From: Bigelowiella natans CCMP2755
Taxonomy: Eukaryota > Protista > Cercozoa
NCBI GenBank assembly: GCA_000320545.1
Contig: ADNK01000077.1
Location: 1 to 33,861 of the forward strand
Length of the DNA: 33,861 bases
Direction: 5' to 3'
The notes beneath the pieces were generated by a model. That model did not search any database. It saw only the letters and a program-made list of their open reading frames with translations, and was not told where the DNA came from. The first letter of the stretch is position 1, and every line of letters starts with the position of its first letter. Both the position numbers and the translations under genes were made by a program. Below, piece by piece: positions 10,250 to 24,116 of this stretch.

Positions 10250-10960
10250 AATAGAACCGGCGATTGTCAGATGCATGAGACTGTGTGCCCTTTGTTGCTA
10301 AAAACACGAATGAAGACACAGCTGTGTCTAGCATCTAGATGCATACAGACACACAACTCTGTGGCAGTATAGCAGCAAACAACAACAATTGGACATGCAA
10401 CATGCAACTTGCAGCCATCTAGACATGTGAATCGAACGTCCGTCCGATTTGCATGCCGAACTCTCGCGCACTGTTTGTCTGTGCCAGTGTGGCTGAGATG
10501 AGCCATGGTGAGCAGTGCTGGGCACAAATCACCATCGTGTCATTGAAAAGATTTAGCTCACTTGTTCACGATCACATCCGTCTCATGTGTTGTCGCAGGC
10601 AAGCACAAAAACATGCATCATAGCCGACAATGCACATGTTCTGGACACATCTAGCATGTAACGCATGTTGCATTCATGCTGCATCAAAACGACAACATGG
10701 CATGGCTAGACGACGCATCGTAATGTTGTCAGGCGCCATCATGTCGATCACCTAGCTGAATGCACATGCAGTCATCATTGACCAGTAGCACACACTACAA
10801 CGCTAGAACGTACAACAATGCGCAGACGATGCATTACCTATGTGATGTACCCATTCTATTTAACAACTATACATCTATGCCAACATTGCATGGAAGATTG
10901 CACTCCACAATGCAACTACATTTAGCTGACCGACACACAAGTGCTACGAGACATCATCAT
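10250..10960. repeat. Palindrome-word-rich intergenic tract 2 (CATG/TGCA/CTAG-rich)
   Basis: Hairpin tgtgtct-a-gcatctagatgc-atac-agacaca at 10323-10353. Dense GCATG/TGCA/CTAG words and no microsatellites. Confidence 0.65.
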
Positions 10961-11350
10961 AATATACGAATGACACCATAGTAGTTATTCTTTTGGTTGT
11001 TCTTCCTGACGTCGTCCAAAACGCTTAAAACGGTCCCACTCCCACACCTGCTCTTTTCCTGCGGTAATGATCGATCATTAGAGGACTTCAACATCATCGC
11101 CGTTACAGGTCATGTTGCAGTTGATGGACATTACTATATCATATTTTGCACTACTCAATACATCAACAATGTCATTATTGCACTCATCATCATCATCATC
11201 ATCATCTTACTCATGGGAGTACACAGATCTGTACCATCGAGCTACTACTACTACTACTGCTACTGCTGCTGCTATTTGAAGTACTAGTTGCACCTTGGAA
11301 TTCGCCAGTTCCTTTCATTACGAAGTACTTTCTCTGCACAACCTTAGCCA

Positions 11351-11392
<42 letters not shown>

Positions 11393-11983
11393 GAGTAGAA
11401 TTGTAGTAGCAAATATAAATAAAAGGTTATCATATAATAAACACACACCACACATACACAAGGCAGTACTACCTTTCCATCCATCCTTGTATATGGCCTC
11501 TCTTCAATGCTGTAGGAGCCTGCACTAAATGGCTCGCAAGCTAAGGCCCCCTTAAAAGAATACGTTACTGAATCTTCGCTTCCAAACTCCAGATACTGTT
11601 TGAATACACCGTTGTATTATCGACGTGATGTTAATAAGAGAAGGAGGAGGAGTCTCCTCTTGCCATTATTATTATTATTAAAGCATTTTATGATAAAATA
11701 CAGCTACACCTAGCACTAGTAACACTACTACGAGAATATCTGTCCCATCTGCTGTGATGTTATTTTCTCTGTATGTAGCCGTTGCATCTATTATTATCCT
11801 TATCATTTCATTAGCAGTAGCAGTACTTCTTCAACACTCGAGCATTTGTGAACACGCACTAGCGTTGTCCCAGGTGGATATTGGGACTCGACACTTCCTG
11901 TTTGTGGAAGCCAATGAAAACAAGGTCGCTTGACACAGAAATAACTGTGTTATGTTTAGATACAATCACCAGCATACAGCATA

Positions 11984-12017
<34 letters not shown>

Positions 12018-12352
12018 AATATATTAAGATGATGATGATGAAGGAATACATTACTCTCTCATCATCAGTCGCAATCAACTACATTTATTCTAACCCTTGC
12101 TCTCATCATCCAAGTTGCTCATTGTTGGGGCTTTGATGGATTGCGTTGTTTCTACTTATTCTTCCCCAATATTCCAAATATTTTGATCACCTACCACACA
12201 TACAACCTATCATGTCAATCTCTAATATGTAATATGCCTCCTTCTGCTACTTTAACTAGATCTACAACACATATTATTCCGACTAATAATACGGCTGCTG
12301 CAGCTTGCGCATTGTTCATTGTTGCAAGAAGAACCGTGCGTGAAGTTGGCAT
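10955..12352 (-). CDS. Multi-exon hypothetical protein (orphan; exon phases ambiguous)
   Basis: Non-repetitive blocks bounded by AG/GT on the minus strand sit between microsatellite-containing introns (approx. 12352-12293, 12155-12095, 11897-11826, 11596-11473, 11342-11295, 11241-11211, 11058-10955). Example translations: TMSNLDDESK|GSVESQYPPGTTLVRVHKCSSVEE. No family recognised. Confidence 0.45.
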
Positions 12353-12695
12353 CAGGAGAGCAGAAACGGGTTGCGACTCAGTGACAAATTCCCAAATGTT
12401 TTCTCCTGCATTTGCAGAGACAAAGGTCGTTGCTAGCAAAAAAACGCGATCAAGGTTGTCGCGAACAAAAAATGCAAACTGCTTTCCTCACACACAACAC
12501 TACCACGTGAGACTGTGTAACGTTGGTGACAGCTTACGCGATAACTGCCTTCTCTGTCACCTCTCTGGATCAATCTGTTCGTATGACTGTGTGGGGACGC
12601 GTCCATCATGGCCTCGGCAGGATTTCTGTTGTTCTGAGGAGGAGAACTAGATCTAGAGCAGGCCTTCCCCACACGATGAGGAAGAGAAAGTGACG

Positions 12696-13601
12696 ATGTC
12701 GCCAAGCAGCAAGCAGGAGAGGACTGTGGCCACTGCCTCGTGGCAAAGATGGTTTCGACTTGTATTGATTCTCTCGTTAGTCGTTACCGGCACTGTACGC
12801 CTGGGACGCAAAGTGGCAGCATCAGCACGAACGGCGATCAGTCATAGTCAGAGAGACATTATTTCCAATCGGAGCACTACCAAGCCACCCCAGGACAATC
12901 GTACTTACACCCCTCAGAAGAATAACACTGCGCTGCGGGCGCGGCTGTTGAGCTTGAAAACGATCGCTGAAGCGAGGAGCATGGCTCACCGCCTTCTCCA
13001 TTTCGCATTCCTCCCACAGTCGAAGTCCAATCTCTCTATTAGCTATAGGAATGAATCAATCCCACGTGCTAATGAATACGGACAGGAACCGGGCAGTCGT
13101 CACACCCAGGCTCGAGTGCATCTTCAAGGTTTCAAAGTCAGGGTTAATGCTGTTGAGGCCTCAAATGCTGCGGCATATTCAGGGTGCACGACAATTGATC
13201 CAGAAAATACTAAATATTCATGCCGTCACACATTTCTGCTATCTAATAGCCATGCAAGCTTTCTTCTCCATACAAAGGGACTGAGCCTTATTTTTCAAAC
13301 ACCAGATCGAACAGCATCTTCATCCTGTTGTTGTGTGTCATCGGGGTGTATTTGCTTCTTATGATCTGGGCCTTCAAAGTTGACTATTCCGAAATGGTAG
13401 ACTACTGCGAGCAGTAGCATGTACACCATGCAGTGAAATATATTCTCGAAAAACGTAGCTAAATCACCGTGAGGCGGTGTGCACGCGCCTTTCCTTGTGC
13501 CTTCTTACTTTTTTTTAATTACGTGTTGTTTGAGCTGTGTGCTCTCTGACGCTGTCCGTCCACTCCAATATGACATCTCTTTGTATAAAACATCATGTTT
13601 T

Positions 13602-13643
<42 letters not shown>

Positions 13644-14062
13644 AACACATGAACATATATTATTGCCATTTCTCAGAATGTTGAAAAGCGGCTAGAGTTT
13701 TACAACACGCAATCGATGTACAACGCAGTACTGGGATTCAAAGCCACGTACACTGCCGAGTAAGTATGATTAGTTTACACTCTAGAAATAAATCCTACTT
13801 GTAAGAAGGGCCCTCTCGTGATCTGCCCTCACCATCACTCAGTGTGAATGCTGCGAACCGAAGGTGCATTGATATTCATACGATTGCTAATATACTTTAT
13901 ATCCGTTCACGGTCGCGTGGCGGTGTTTTCTCCATCTGAACTGCAGGCTGTTTAGCTTTGGTGAGGTATTCAGTTGGGAGCTATCTCGTAAGCACATATG
14001 GATTTCGATATTCCTTCGGCCGGAAGGCGACTGGTATGTCTCACAACTGCGTCGATCTTCAT

Positions 14063-14151
<89 letters not shown>

Positions 14152-14851
14152 TTTGATATAATATATAAATATCATGTGTAGAATAGTTAATGTAGCCTCA
14201 CTGTACTCGCTTTGCCTTCTAATGTGTGAAGGTTCAACTCCAAGCAGCGCCTAACAGGCCTTCTCCTCCTAATAATTAACACGATCATAGTACGTGCCAC
14301 TAAATAGTATTTCATGATGCAGTAGCGCAGGATCTCGTTGTAGGACATGTAAACAGATAATGGGGGGGTGGCAGATATGGCAGTGGAGGATAGGTGTCTT
14401 ACTGCATGCACGGCGTGCTCTGCGAAGTTCCATATTGTATATACATCGCTCCTTCCTCTGCCTTCGTAGATTTGCTCAATGACCCAAAATGCGACACATC
14501 CTGACACCTCTCCCTTCGATTAGGTGAGCGCGTTTATGATTGAGCAGAAGCAAGAAATAGGAGCTCTCAGCCCTGAGGTCAGAGAAACAGCATAGAAGAT
14601 TTGCCAATCGTTTGTTGGAAGAAAAATATAAAAAAGGATTAATGGGATAGGTTGCCGGCGACGATATACGCACACACACAAACACGTGCAGACGCACGCA
14701 CGTTTTAACACAATTATGCAAATTTTGAAACGATGGTATACGTTTGCATATTACTGGTCTCCAGATATCGTGGATTGTGATGACAAATCTCCTTGTCTTT
14801 CCGGTTCCGTTCTTCGTTTTTAAGCTCTTTGGATGGCGGTGATCACAGCAA

Positions 14852-14893
<42 letters not shown>

Positions 14894-15145
14894 ACGCACA
14901 CGCACTCACACACAGCGCGCGCGCACTTACAAGCTCATGTGATTATGCTTTAAAAAACCGTGATACATATGTGCCTTTTATGTCGCCGCTCTACGAAAGG
15001 CACGAGAACCGCGGCGAGGACTTCGAAGACGAGGAGAAGGAAAGACAAATAAAGGTGCTGCTCCTTCACCAACTGCTATTTCAAAGAAACTACATCCCGA
15101 TGACGACTCGACATTGAGAAATCAGATCCTTTATTCAGATATACG

Positions 15146-15181
<36 letters not shown>

Positions 15182-15636
15182 GGGCACTAGAAACCAGGAG
15201 CTTTCTGTTCTTCTTTTCCGTCGTCGGCGACAAAGAAAATCATGAGTATATTGAGTCGCTTCTACGCAGCGAGCACTTATATCATGGCTTCATAACTCGT
15301 CCACTCACGTTAGGCTGTTCTCACGGCTGGACGCATTCCAGGGATGTCGCGCTCGGAGCAGCACAAAATTAAGAGGGTATGCACTTCATTAACCTCTAAC
15401 AAAAACTGCACGCGCTTGCAAGCTACGGTGTTCCAAATGGTGCGAACCAAGAGCAGCAAACAGTAGTGACTATCGTCACCAGGACATCTAAAAATAATAA
15501 TACAAAAAAGAATGGTGATAGCGTTTGTGACTTACTTCTTGGAAAAAGGGCGGGGTTCGCGTTGAGCGGACACAAATGAACGCGTGGGATGAAGCTCGTC
15601 GCGAGGAGGTCGGTGTTCTTGCTGTGGTGCTTATTT

Positions 15637-15667
<31 letters not shown>

Positions 15668-15877
15668 CATATATAATATTTAATATTGATTTCTCGAGAA
15701 TGTTTTTGTGAGGGCTGCTTTCTCGCTTGTGCACGCGCCAAAGCTGTTACGAATTTTCTTTTAGAAAACGTGAATTACTAGTTCATCGAGTTGATGGTAT
15801 CCCCACAGGTGGCAGCCTTCGCTGTACAATTCGACCCGTACGCAATGGCAGGTACGATGTTTGTAGGCATCCGAGAG

Positions 15878-15912
<35 letters not shown>

Positions 15913-16924
15913 TATGATTCTATTTAGCTTTTGCGGTTTCTCTGATAGTTGGTGTACCTATGGAAAATGTTCTGCCTTCAGGCTACATAGTAGCGTGGCT
16001 CTGGATTGGATTTGGGTTGTATTTCGTGCCGACAATATCGGCGAACAGAGGCAAGGGAACAGTCAGGTCTTGAGGATTTATCCATGTATATATGTATATA
16101 TTATGTCTCTCTGTGTGTGTTTGTACCTGTATTTGTGTGCCCACGTGCGATTATCGAGAGAAGTTCCCCCTCAGGCTTCGCTGTTTTCGGTCTGGTCATT
16201 GAAGTATTTCTGTCTACCGCATGCTCATTATTATTCAGAATCGGCTCTCTCGAGGTTGATAAGTGGGTGCTCACCATCGTCGAGGTCAAGCGAGATAGAT
16301 ATGTATGCTTGATCGAACGCTTCCTATAGCATGGCCTCATATATACTCTTGGTGGTATTATATCACACGAGAGTGTGTGTCATCTTGTATAAATTGCATA
16401 CGTCTCATTCATGCGCCAAAATCCCCCAATGTATATCTTGATCTTAGACCTCTCTAACCGATATATTGTCGCGTCTGGTAACATCCTTCCTCGCTACGTG
16501 CTTCTTCATCTGCTGGCATCGCTCGTTCCGTCTCTACGAAATGTAACCTCCACCTCTCCCCCTCCCCCTCCCTTCCCCTCGAGCTCCGTTTCACTCGGAA
16601 GTGTTAAAAAATAGCGCTGACGTGATTTTTCATATGTTTATATACGCCAGATGGAAGACGCGCGACGAGCCTGATCTCCCGTTTCACATGAAGCAGGTAA
16701 GTGCTTTCTAGACGATGCAACATCTGGTTTGGTATCCTTTTTTTGATTGGCTCGTATTTGTACGGAGGGGTACGCGCCTAATCTTCTTTCTGTCGGGGCT
16801 ATTCCTCTTTGTCTGGTTGCAATGCTGCAGGATATGAAGTGGGACACCAAAAACCTCGGCATGGACGCAAAGAGCGCGATGTCTACTCGAAATGTCAGGC
16901 CCCCCCCCCCCACACACACACATC

Positions 16925-16965
<41 letters not shown>

Positions 16966-17674
16966 TACACTAAATTTTTGGTCTGGATGTGATCATGACT
17001 GCTACCCGATTCTCTTATTTCAACACACACGCACGCACGCACGCTTACACGTTGTGTACTTGTGTAAATGAGAGCCCATGCTGATTTCTGCGTGTTTGTG
17101 TATGTTTCCTCTTCCTCTCACAGGTATTCAGCGTTGGCGCAACCAATGGGAGATTCCCAGTAATAGTTTTGCCCCCCACCCCACACACACAACCCTACAC
17201 TCGCACTCACTCACCGAGGCATCAAACTGGGCATTTCCCAACGATCATTCGCTCTTTGACCGCTACTGCAGAATCGAAAGAAAATCATCGAGATGGCAAA
17301 AAGGGCAAAGGATGGCAACGCGCACTTACCTCCAGTAACCCTAACGAATCGTGATGCACTTTCCACTGACTGCACTCTGACACACATGCAATACCCCCGC
17401 CAGTTCCTTCTCCGCAGCGGTAGCACCCGCACAGACATCGATTCCAACAACGGCGCCGATGGGGCACACGCGGGAGAAGGCCAGAACGGAGAGGGAGCTA
17501 TAGGAGGACTAGCATCTAACTTATCACTTTCGAGAAGCAGAGATCCGAATCGCGCCCTCAATGGCTCAGCAGCACCGAAACTAGGGAAGATACTTCGTGG
17601 TAGCCGTGTGCTTCATAACTCCGCGAATGGTTCTAACCTTTTCACGGTAAACGTATTCAATATAATAATATTAT

Positions 17675-17757
<83 letters not shown>

Positions 17758-17992
17758 CAAGAAAGTAATGAGCAGCACTAGCGGTGGGGACGACGACGCC
17801 AATACTTGAGATTGTTCAATTTCTTTACAGAGCACTAAACGTGAGCGCAAGCGAAGAGGGCGGCAACGTAATCGCCACAAACGAGACGCTGACATCCTTG
17901 ATGGTTGTGTATTATCTGTTTTCCTAGCTGTAGCGATGAAGCGAAATCATGGAGGGGGAACATTGAATGTGGCGCCTCTCTCCCCTCTTTAT

Positions 17993-18035
<43 letters not shown>

Positions 18036-19093
18036 CCTCTCTCTATTGCTTTCTCTCTTGCTCCCATATTAGCTTCGCACATCCTTCTACTTTTTGCAAT
18101 ACTCATTTATTCTATGTGATTTGTGTCTATGCATGTGCACCCGCGCGCCCGCGCTCGCTTTTGTGCGTCAAGACCATCAAGCCCCCCCCCCTCCCCCCCC
18201 CTAATGCACCTTCCCACGTTTGCAGGAACTATGTCAATTCATATGGTAAAGGGAACGACAGAAAACTCTATCTCTATCTCCTCCACGAGCACCTCGCTTC
18301 TAAAATCCTCTGCTGCGGTGGCATCGACTACAGAGGCGGCCAAAGAGACGAACGCTCTCCTATCATCGGCGCTGCAGCAACACCACAGGTCAAACGTGTT
18401 CCAGAATTTTAAAGCCAAGATATCGAAATCGGCAGCCGGCGCTGCCCTTAATGGCTCCTCCTCCTCCTCCGCCCGCTCGAAAAATGGCCACTCTCGATCT
18501 CGTTCACATGGCCGACGCCGATCTATTTCCCCCCCCACCTTCCAGCACCGATCTCGTGAGCATCGCCATAGTCGTCACAGGTCAGAGATGATCTCGTCGC
18601 TTTTCACGTCTTCAGGCCACACTGTTTCTGTTCTCGACCGGCCTCGTCGCCTCTCAAGGTCACCGGTGGCTGCGTCGCGTACCGCCCATCCCAGTATATC
18701 TCTCCAGTCGTCTGAGAGTGCAAGGAGCGGCAAGAGCGGGGAAGATGGTGTGGACAACGAGATCGCCTCATTGCCACCAGTGATGGACAGGTCCTTCGAG
18801 AGAAAAGCCCCGTCCAAATCCCCCACACGAAGAGGCCGCCATCGTCGGCAGCGAAGCGGCGGCATACCCACGTCGCTAACGGAACGGCGCGCCGTGTTGG
18901 GGGTCAGCAGCAGCAGAGATAGGTCAGCGATGATTCCTTATAACTCTCAGATATGTTGCGAATTTTGTTAAAATCAGTGAATTGATTTGTGCATCCCTTG
19001 CGATGTCATCGCCCCCCACCCCCCAAGTTTGATTTGATCCGAAGATTAAACCCTTTTTTCTGGTCACGGCGTTCGCCCTGGGCACTGGCCAAG

Positions 19094-19182
<89 letters not shown>

Positions 19183-19681
19183 CATGCTTTACTACCTCTC
19201 GTTTGTCGTGTATTACATGCTCACACACACACCGTGGACTTTGAAAATCTTAGCATGCGCCAACCAAGAGCCGCTCGGAGGAGAACAGAGGAGAGCAAGG
19301 ATGGCACGGGGTCGCTCAGCAGCAGCTACAGCACTTTCAGCACAGGATTTGGTGATTGGAACGCCGCGCTAGAGGAGCTCAGGAGAACCGATAAGACCGA
19401 AAGAAGTATAGTGGTGGAGGGGGAGGAGAAGGATAAGAAAAATGAGAAGGAAGGTGACAAGAAAGATGATGAAGGGGACGCGGAAGCAAGGGCGTCGTCG
19501 GATTTGCCAAAGAGACGATCGACGATTCGAATTCGTATAGGTGAAATGCTATTTTGAGACAGCAAGACGCACAAAATGATTATTTTTAGCGACATAGCCT
19601 ACCGCTGTTGTTTTTGGGGGTTATGGCGGTCAAAGCAGTATATAACACACACTTGAAGATCAGCTGAGCGAGCAGCACTGC

Positions 19682-19721
<40 letters not shown>

Positions 19722-19722
19722 T

Positions 19723-19768
<46 letters not shown>

Positions 19769-22700
19769 TAATCAGCCGAGCATAGCACGATGTCTCCAAT
19801 CATCGAGGCGAGCAATGAACGGTTGAGTATACGGGAATCTTTAGAGCGGCCCGCCCCCCCACAAGGAGGCCTCCTTCCCCTTAACCGGCAAGAAGATGCG
19901 GATGCTAGCAGCTATTCGATGTCACGGGATGAGCAGGTGGAAGAGGGGCGGAGGGCAGACAATGATGGAGCTAAGCTGGCCAACTACAATAACCATACTC
20001 GTAGTGGCGAGGGCGACGCTAGTGGCCAGAACGACGCTAGTAGTATGAGCAATAGCATTGGCCAAGGCGCAGATACGAAGGAAAACGAACAGAGGCAAAG
20101 TAGAGAGGAGGAGGAGGAGGAGGAGGAGGAGGAGGAGGCAAATGGCCAAAACCCCGAAAGAATAGGAGAGGCAGCGGAAGTATCCCTATTCAGTAGTCGC
20201 ACACCGAGTAGCGTTTTAATGCCTTCCGTTAGCCGCACACAAAGTGGCCAGAGCACACACGCGTCTCCACCCCTTAGCCGAATACAGAGCACACTCGTGT
20301 CGCCGCCTCTCAGTCGGCACCAAAGCGAGTATAGCAACGCTTCATCGGTTGGCTCGAGTGCCGCCTGCAGTAGCCTGTTCCGAAAATCGTCGGGCAAGAC
20401 GAGTTTCTCGAGCGGGTTGTCTAAGAAGCGAATGACTCCTTCTTCCAACCGCAGAGAAGACATATTCGGTGGGTGTGCGTATCATCAGCTGCGCTACATC
20501 GCTCACACACGCACACACGCACACACGCGAACACGCACGCACACGTTTACGCAACTAATATTATGGTATCTACCACTGTCGTGATTTCATTTTTGGTGGA
20601 CTCTCCCCAAACATCATCGCCCACCACACGCTGCCTCTGTGTTGAGCTATCTAACAGTGATTATTATTTACGTGCGTGCATGGCGGTGGTGAAAGGCATA
20701 AGTGGGGCGTTTTCAGTCCTCATTATCTCACCTAATGAATCCGTTTCGCTCGGCGATATCCTCCCTATTCACCCTACTCCCCCAGACCTTGACAGTGTAT
20801 TTTCGGAAGAGGAGGAGGAGGAGGGCAGCGAAGACTCTAAGCAAGAGAAGCTGACTCGAGCTCCTTCATCATTGATGGAACTCGTGCTTTCACGAAATCG
20901 CATCAAGAGGCCTTCACCCATCGATTCCCCACTCCGAAGAAATAAGGGCTGCCATGTTCCAAAGCACGAGTCCATTTCCGACTTGGACTCTGTTGCGACA
21001 AGTACCTACAAAATGCAAACACAGATGACATTTTTTAAACTTTTGACAAATGCCAGCGTTCCTTCTTGACACGCCAAGATTTTTGTATATAGCTAGATAT
21101 GAAAACGTAGGAAAGACATCTTTCCAGCCTATTTATTTTTTGGAGTTTTGTCGATTATCAACACTTCACTGCTTCGCTCCTTCTCTCTCTCCCCGGTCCC
21201 TCTTTTTCAATCACCTGCAGACGGTTCAATGAGCTCGAAGTTTAGCGTCTCGCACTCGGAGGTAAAATTGGGAGCGAGAGCGACGAAGCTACGACGGAAA
21301 GAGAAGAGGGGGGGCAGGCGCAAAAAGAAAAAATCGCACAGAAGGGGGGGCAGCGAAGGCAACGAAGACGAGCGCAAAAAGACCCGTCGTTGGAGAAGAA
21401 GAAAGACAAGAACTCAAGAACGAGAAAGAGAAAAGGAAGGCTCTCCGGAGCACCTTCAGGAGGATGGGGTCCATAGTAAAGATCGAAGGCGCAGCATGAG
21501 GCAGAAGAGAAGGAAGAAACGGAAAAAGAAGAAGGCCGAGGAGAAACAAGCCAAGAAACAAGAGCTGGCGAGACGAATCGGCTCTTCATCCTCTTTGCCC
21601 CCCCCCGATGTGGTTCGCGACGTTGCGTTGCAATGGCCCGAGGATGCGAACCGCTCGTTGTCAGACTACGAGGGGACAGTGCTTTACCGGGAAATCATGC
21701 GACAGGACGAGGAAGAGGCCAAAAGGGCTGAGAAGGAAGAGCTTGAGGCGGAGTGCGCCTCGACGCTGCGGCGCTGCTTCTCCAGTGACTTCGGTGAGCT
21801 CGAAGGCTGGCGAGTTCAGGACAGTCCCCCCCCTCCGCTCCTTTCTAGGTCGCTGTCGTTCTCCTATACCCCCTCAAAGCCAATGCAAGAGTATGGCCAG
21901 GACTACATATCCGAGGCTCCTGAGATCTTTGATTGGGAGGTGAATGGGCTTCTAGAGTTTGTGAACGATGCACCGGCGACGGGGGCTGGGGTCGAGCCGA
22001 CAGCGAAGAAATCGATGAGGAGAGAGCCGCTGGAGGAGCAGCCCAGGAGGAGGCCGCGGCAGAGGAAGAAAGCCCGCGAATCGAAGAGATCGCATCTTAT
22101 TGTATTCTTCGCTCGAAGCAAGGCCGACGCCGCTGCCTCCGCTCCGAAAAGGTTTCGCAAGCGCCACAAGAAAAAGAAAATGAAGCAGCTGAAGGGAGAC
22201 AACAAGGACGGCGGAGACTCGACGCAAATCGGCAGCGCAAACGAGATGAAGCAGGGATATGGCGACGAGGACTCGGATGACGATGACGATTCGCCTTCTT
22301 CCGATGAAGACGGGGTGCATGAATTCAGCGAAAGCCGGGCAGATTCGTGGAAAGTGCATAAGATCAACAAGCGCGGGAAAAGGCAACTCAGATTCCTGGT
22401 AATCGATGCGAAGGCGGAACGCGTTCGGAACATGACCAAGAAGGGCGTTTGCCAGAGCGAGTTCCGCCTCGACCTGCTCCGCACCGCTACCTATGATCCC
22501 AACGCGCAAGATATCAACCTCCGCGAGGCGCGTATTGTCTTCCTACACTTCACAAATCCGAGGAAGCGTCCCTTCGAGCTGCACTTTGAATATGCAGATG
22601 TGATGCAAAACTTCCTCAAGGCCCTTGGCTCAGCATGCGGGCGTGATTTGGCGGGGGCGGCGCGCGATGAGCTGCGAAATCGGGGAACAGCGGGGGAGGC

Positions 22701-23783
22701 TGCAGCTTGCGATCCGTACACATTTAAGGTGGTAAAGACCAACAGACGAGGCAAACGCCAAAATCGTGTCCTCAAATACGACCTGGTGGCGCAAAGCCTA
22801 CGCAATCTTGACCCAAGTAGCGGGAGCGTCGAGAAAGTCTTTGCCTTCGCGGAGATAACGGGCGTGACAATACTTAACGCCAAATCGGGTGAGTGCGTCA
22901 TGTACTTCTCCACGCGCAACCAAAGCCCCTACCACATCGATTTCGTCTACCCGGACCGAGCCCCGAACTTCTTCTCGCTTTTCAGCTTTGCAGTAGGGGC
23001 GCCGATAACTCGCAGCGCCGGGAGCGAGACCGATGCAAAATCGGGTCGTTCGATCACTCGTTCCAAGCTGAGTATCCGTAGGAACTTGAGCATAGATGGC
23101 AAGCGCTCTTCAATTCTAACACCGCCAGGCCTCACGCGAACCACTAGCTTGATAGGCCCTCAGTTTAGCCCTCGCTCTCTCTCTCCAATGAGCGGCTCGC
23201 CCACGGGTTCTCCCCGAGGCTCTCCCAGAAGATCACTACATGCGTTTTCTCGTAGAAGCTCTAGCCCTAGGAGCATGAGAGCAGCTTCTCCACGAGCAGC
23301 ACGAGTACTACCAAGAAGAGGCTCGGCCTTGCTCGAAAGAGCTGGTGCCGGATATTCGACAAATCTTACTCAACGTTCTCCAAGGGCACCTGGTATGGAA
23401 GAAAGAAAGTCTCGGAGAGCCTCGCTGAAGACCGCAAAGTATTGGGGCGGGGCTGTCGCCGCCCCCGCGAGAAAGGCACAAGATAGCGGCCGCATGAGCA
23501 CAAACTCGCCAGGCCAAACGTCTTCGCGCGACTCCCCAACCGATGGAAAGAAGAAGAAGGAGAAGAAGAAAATAGCTTTCCCCCCCAGGCTGCGTCCTAA
23601 GGTTAAGTCGGGGTCGATGATGGATCTCTTCTCGAAAAAGTCAGAGATGAAGGCGGCGAAGAGGTCGCATCGAGGCCGCTCCAGCTTCTTAAATGCGCTG
23701 AAAGAGTTCAGGTGTTTAGTACAACGTGTATGTGAGTAACCAACACGCGGGCAGCACGCGCAGAGGCAAAAGTGCGCAGACTT

Positions 23784-23865
<82 letters not shown>

Positions 23866-24071
23866 TTTTATATAACTATTTACCATATGCACATCCACGA
23901 GCATATCTCTACTCGGCTTCAGGTCGATTTCAAGGAAAACAAAGATCGAGACTATTGATGAGCTGCAACGAGTGCAGATGCGCGACAAGAACATCTTCAG
24001 ATTCGATGTCGAAAAGCGGGATAAAATTGGCCGGTAATGCTCTTCGTGGTGTGAGGCAATCACGTCGAGAA

Positions 24072-24116
<45 letters not shown>

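Noticed and set aside
14521-14523. Genome-wide TAG reassignment (alternative genetic code)
   Set aside because: The 863-aa and 413-aa frames contain no in-frame TAG, and the USP gene ends at a TAG right after its domain, so TAG acts as a stop.
15877-15909. Poly(A) run as a retroposon tail
   Set aside because: It lies in a short intron with no element body or target-site duplication.
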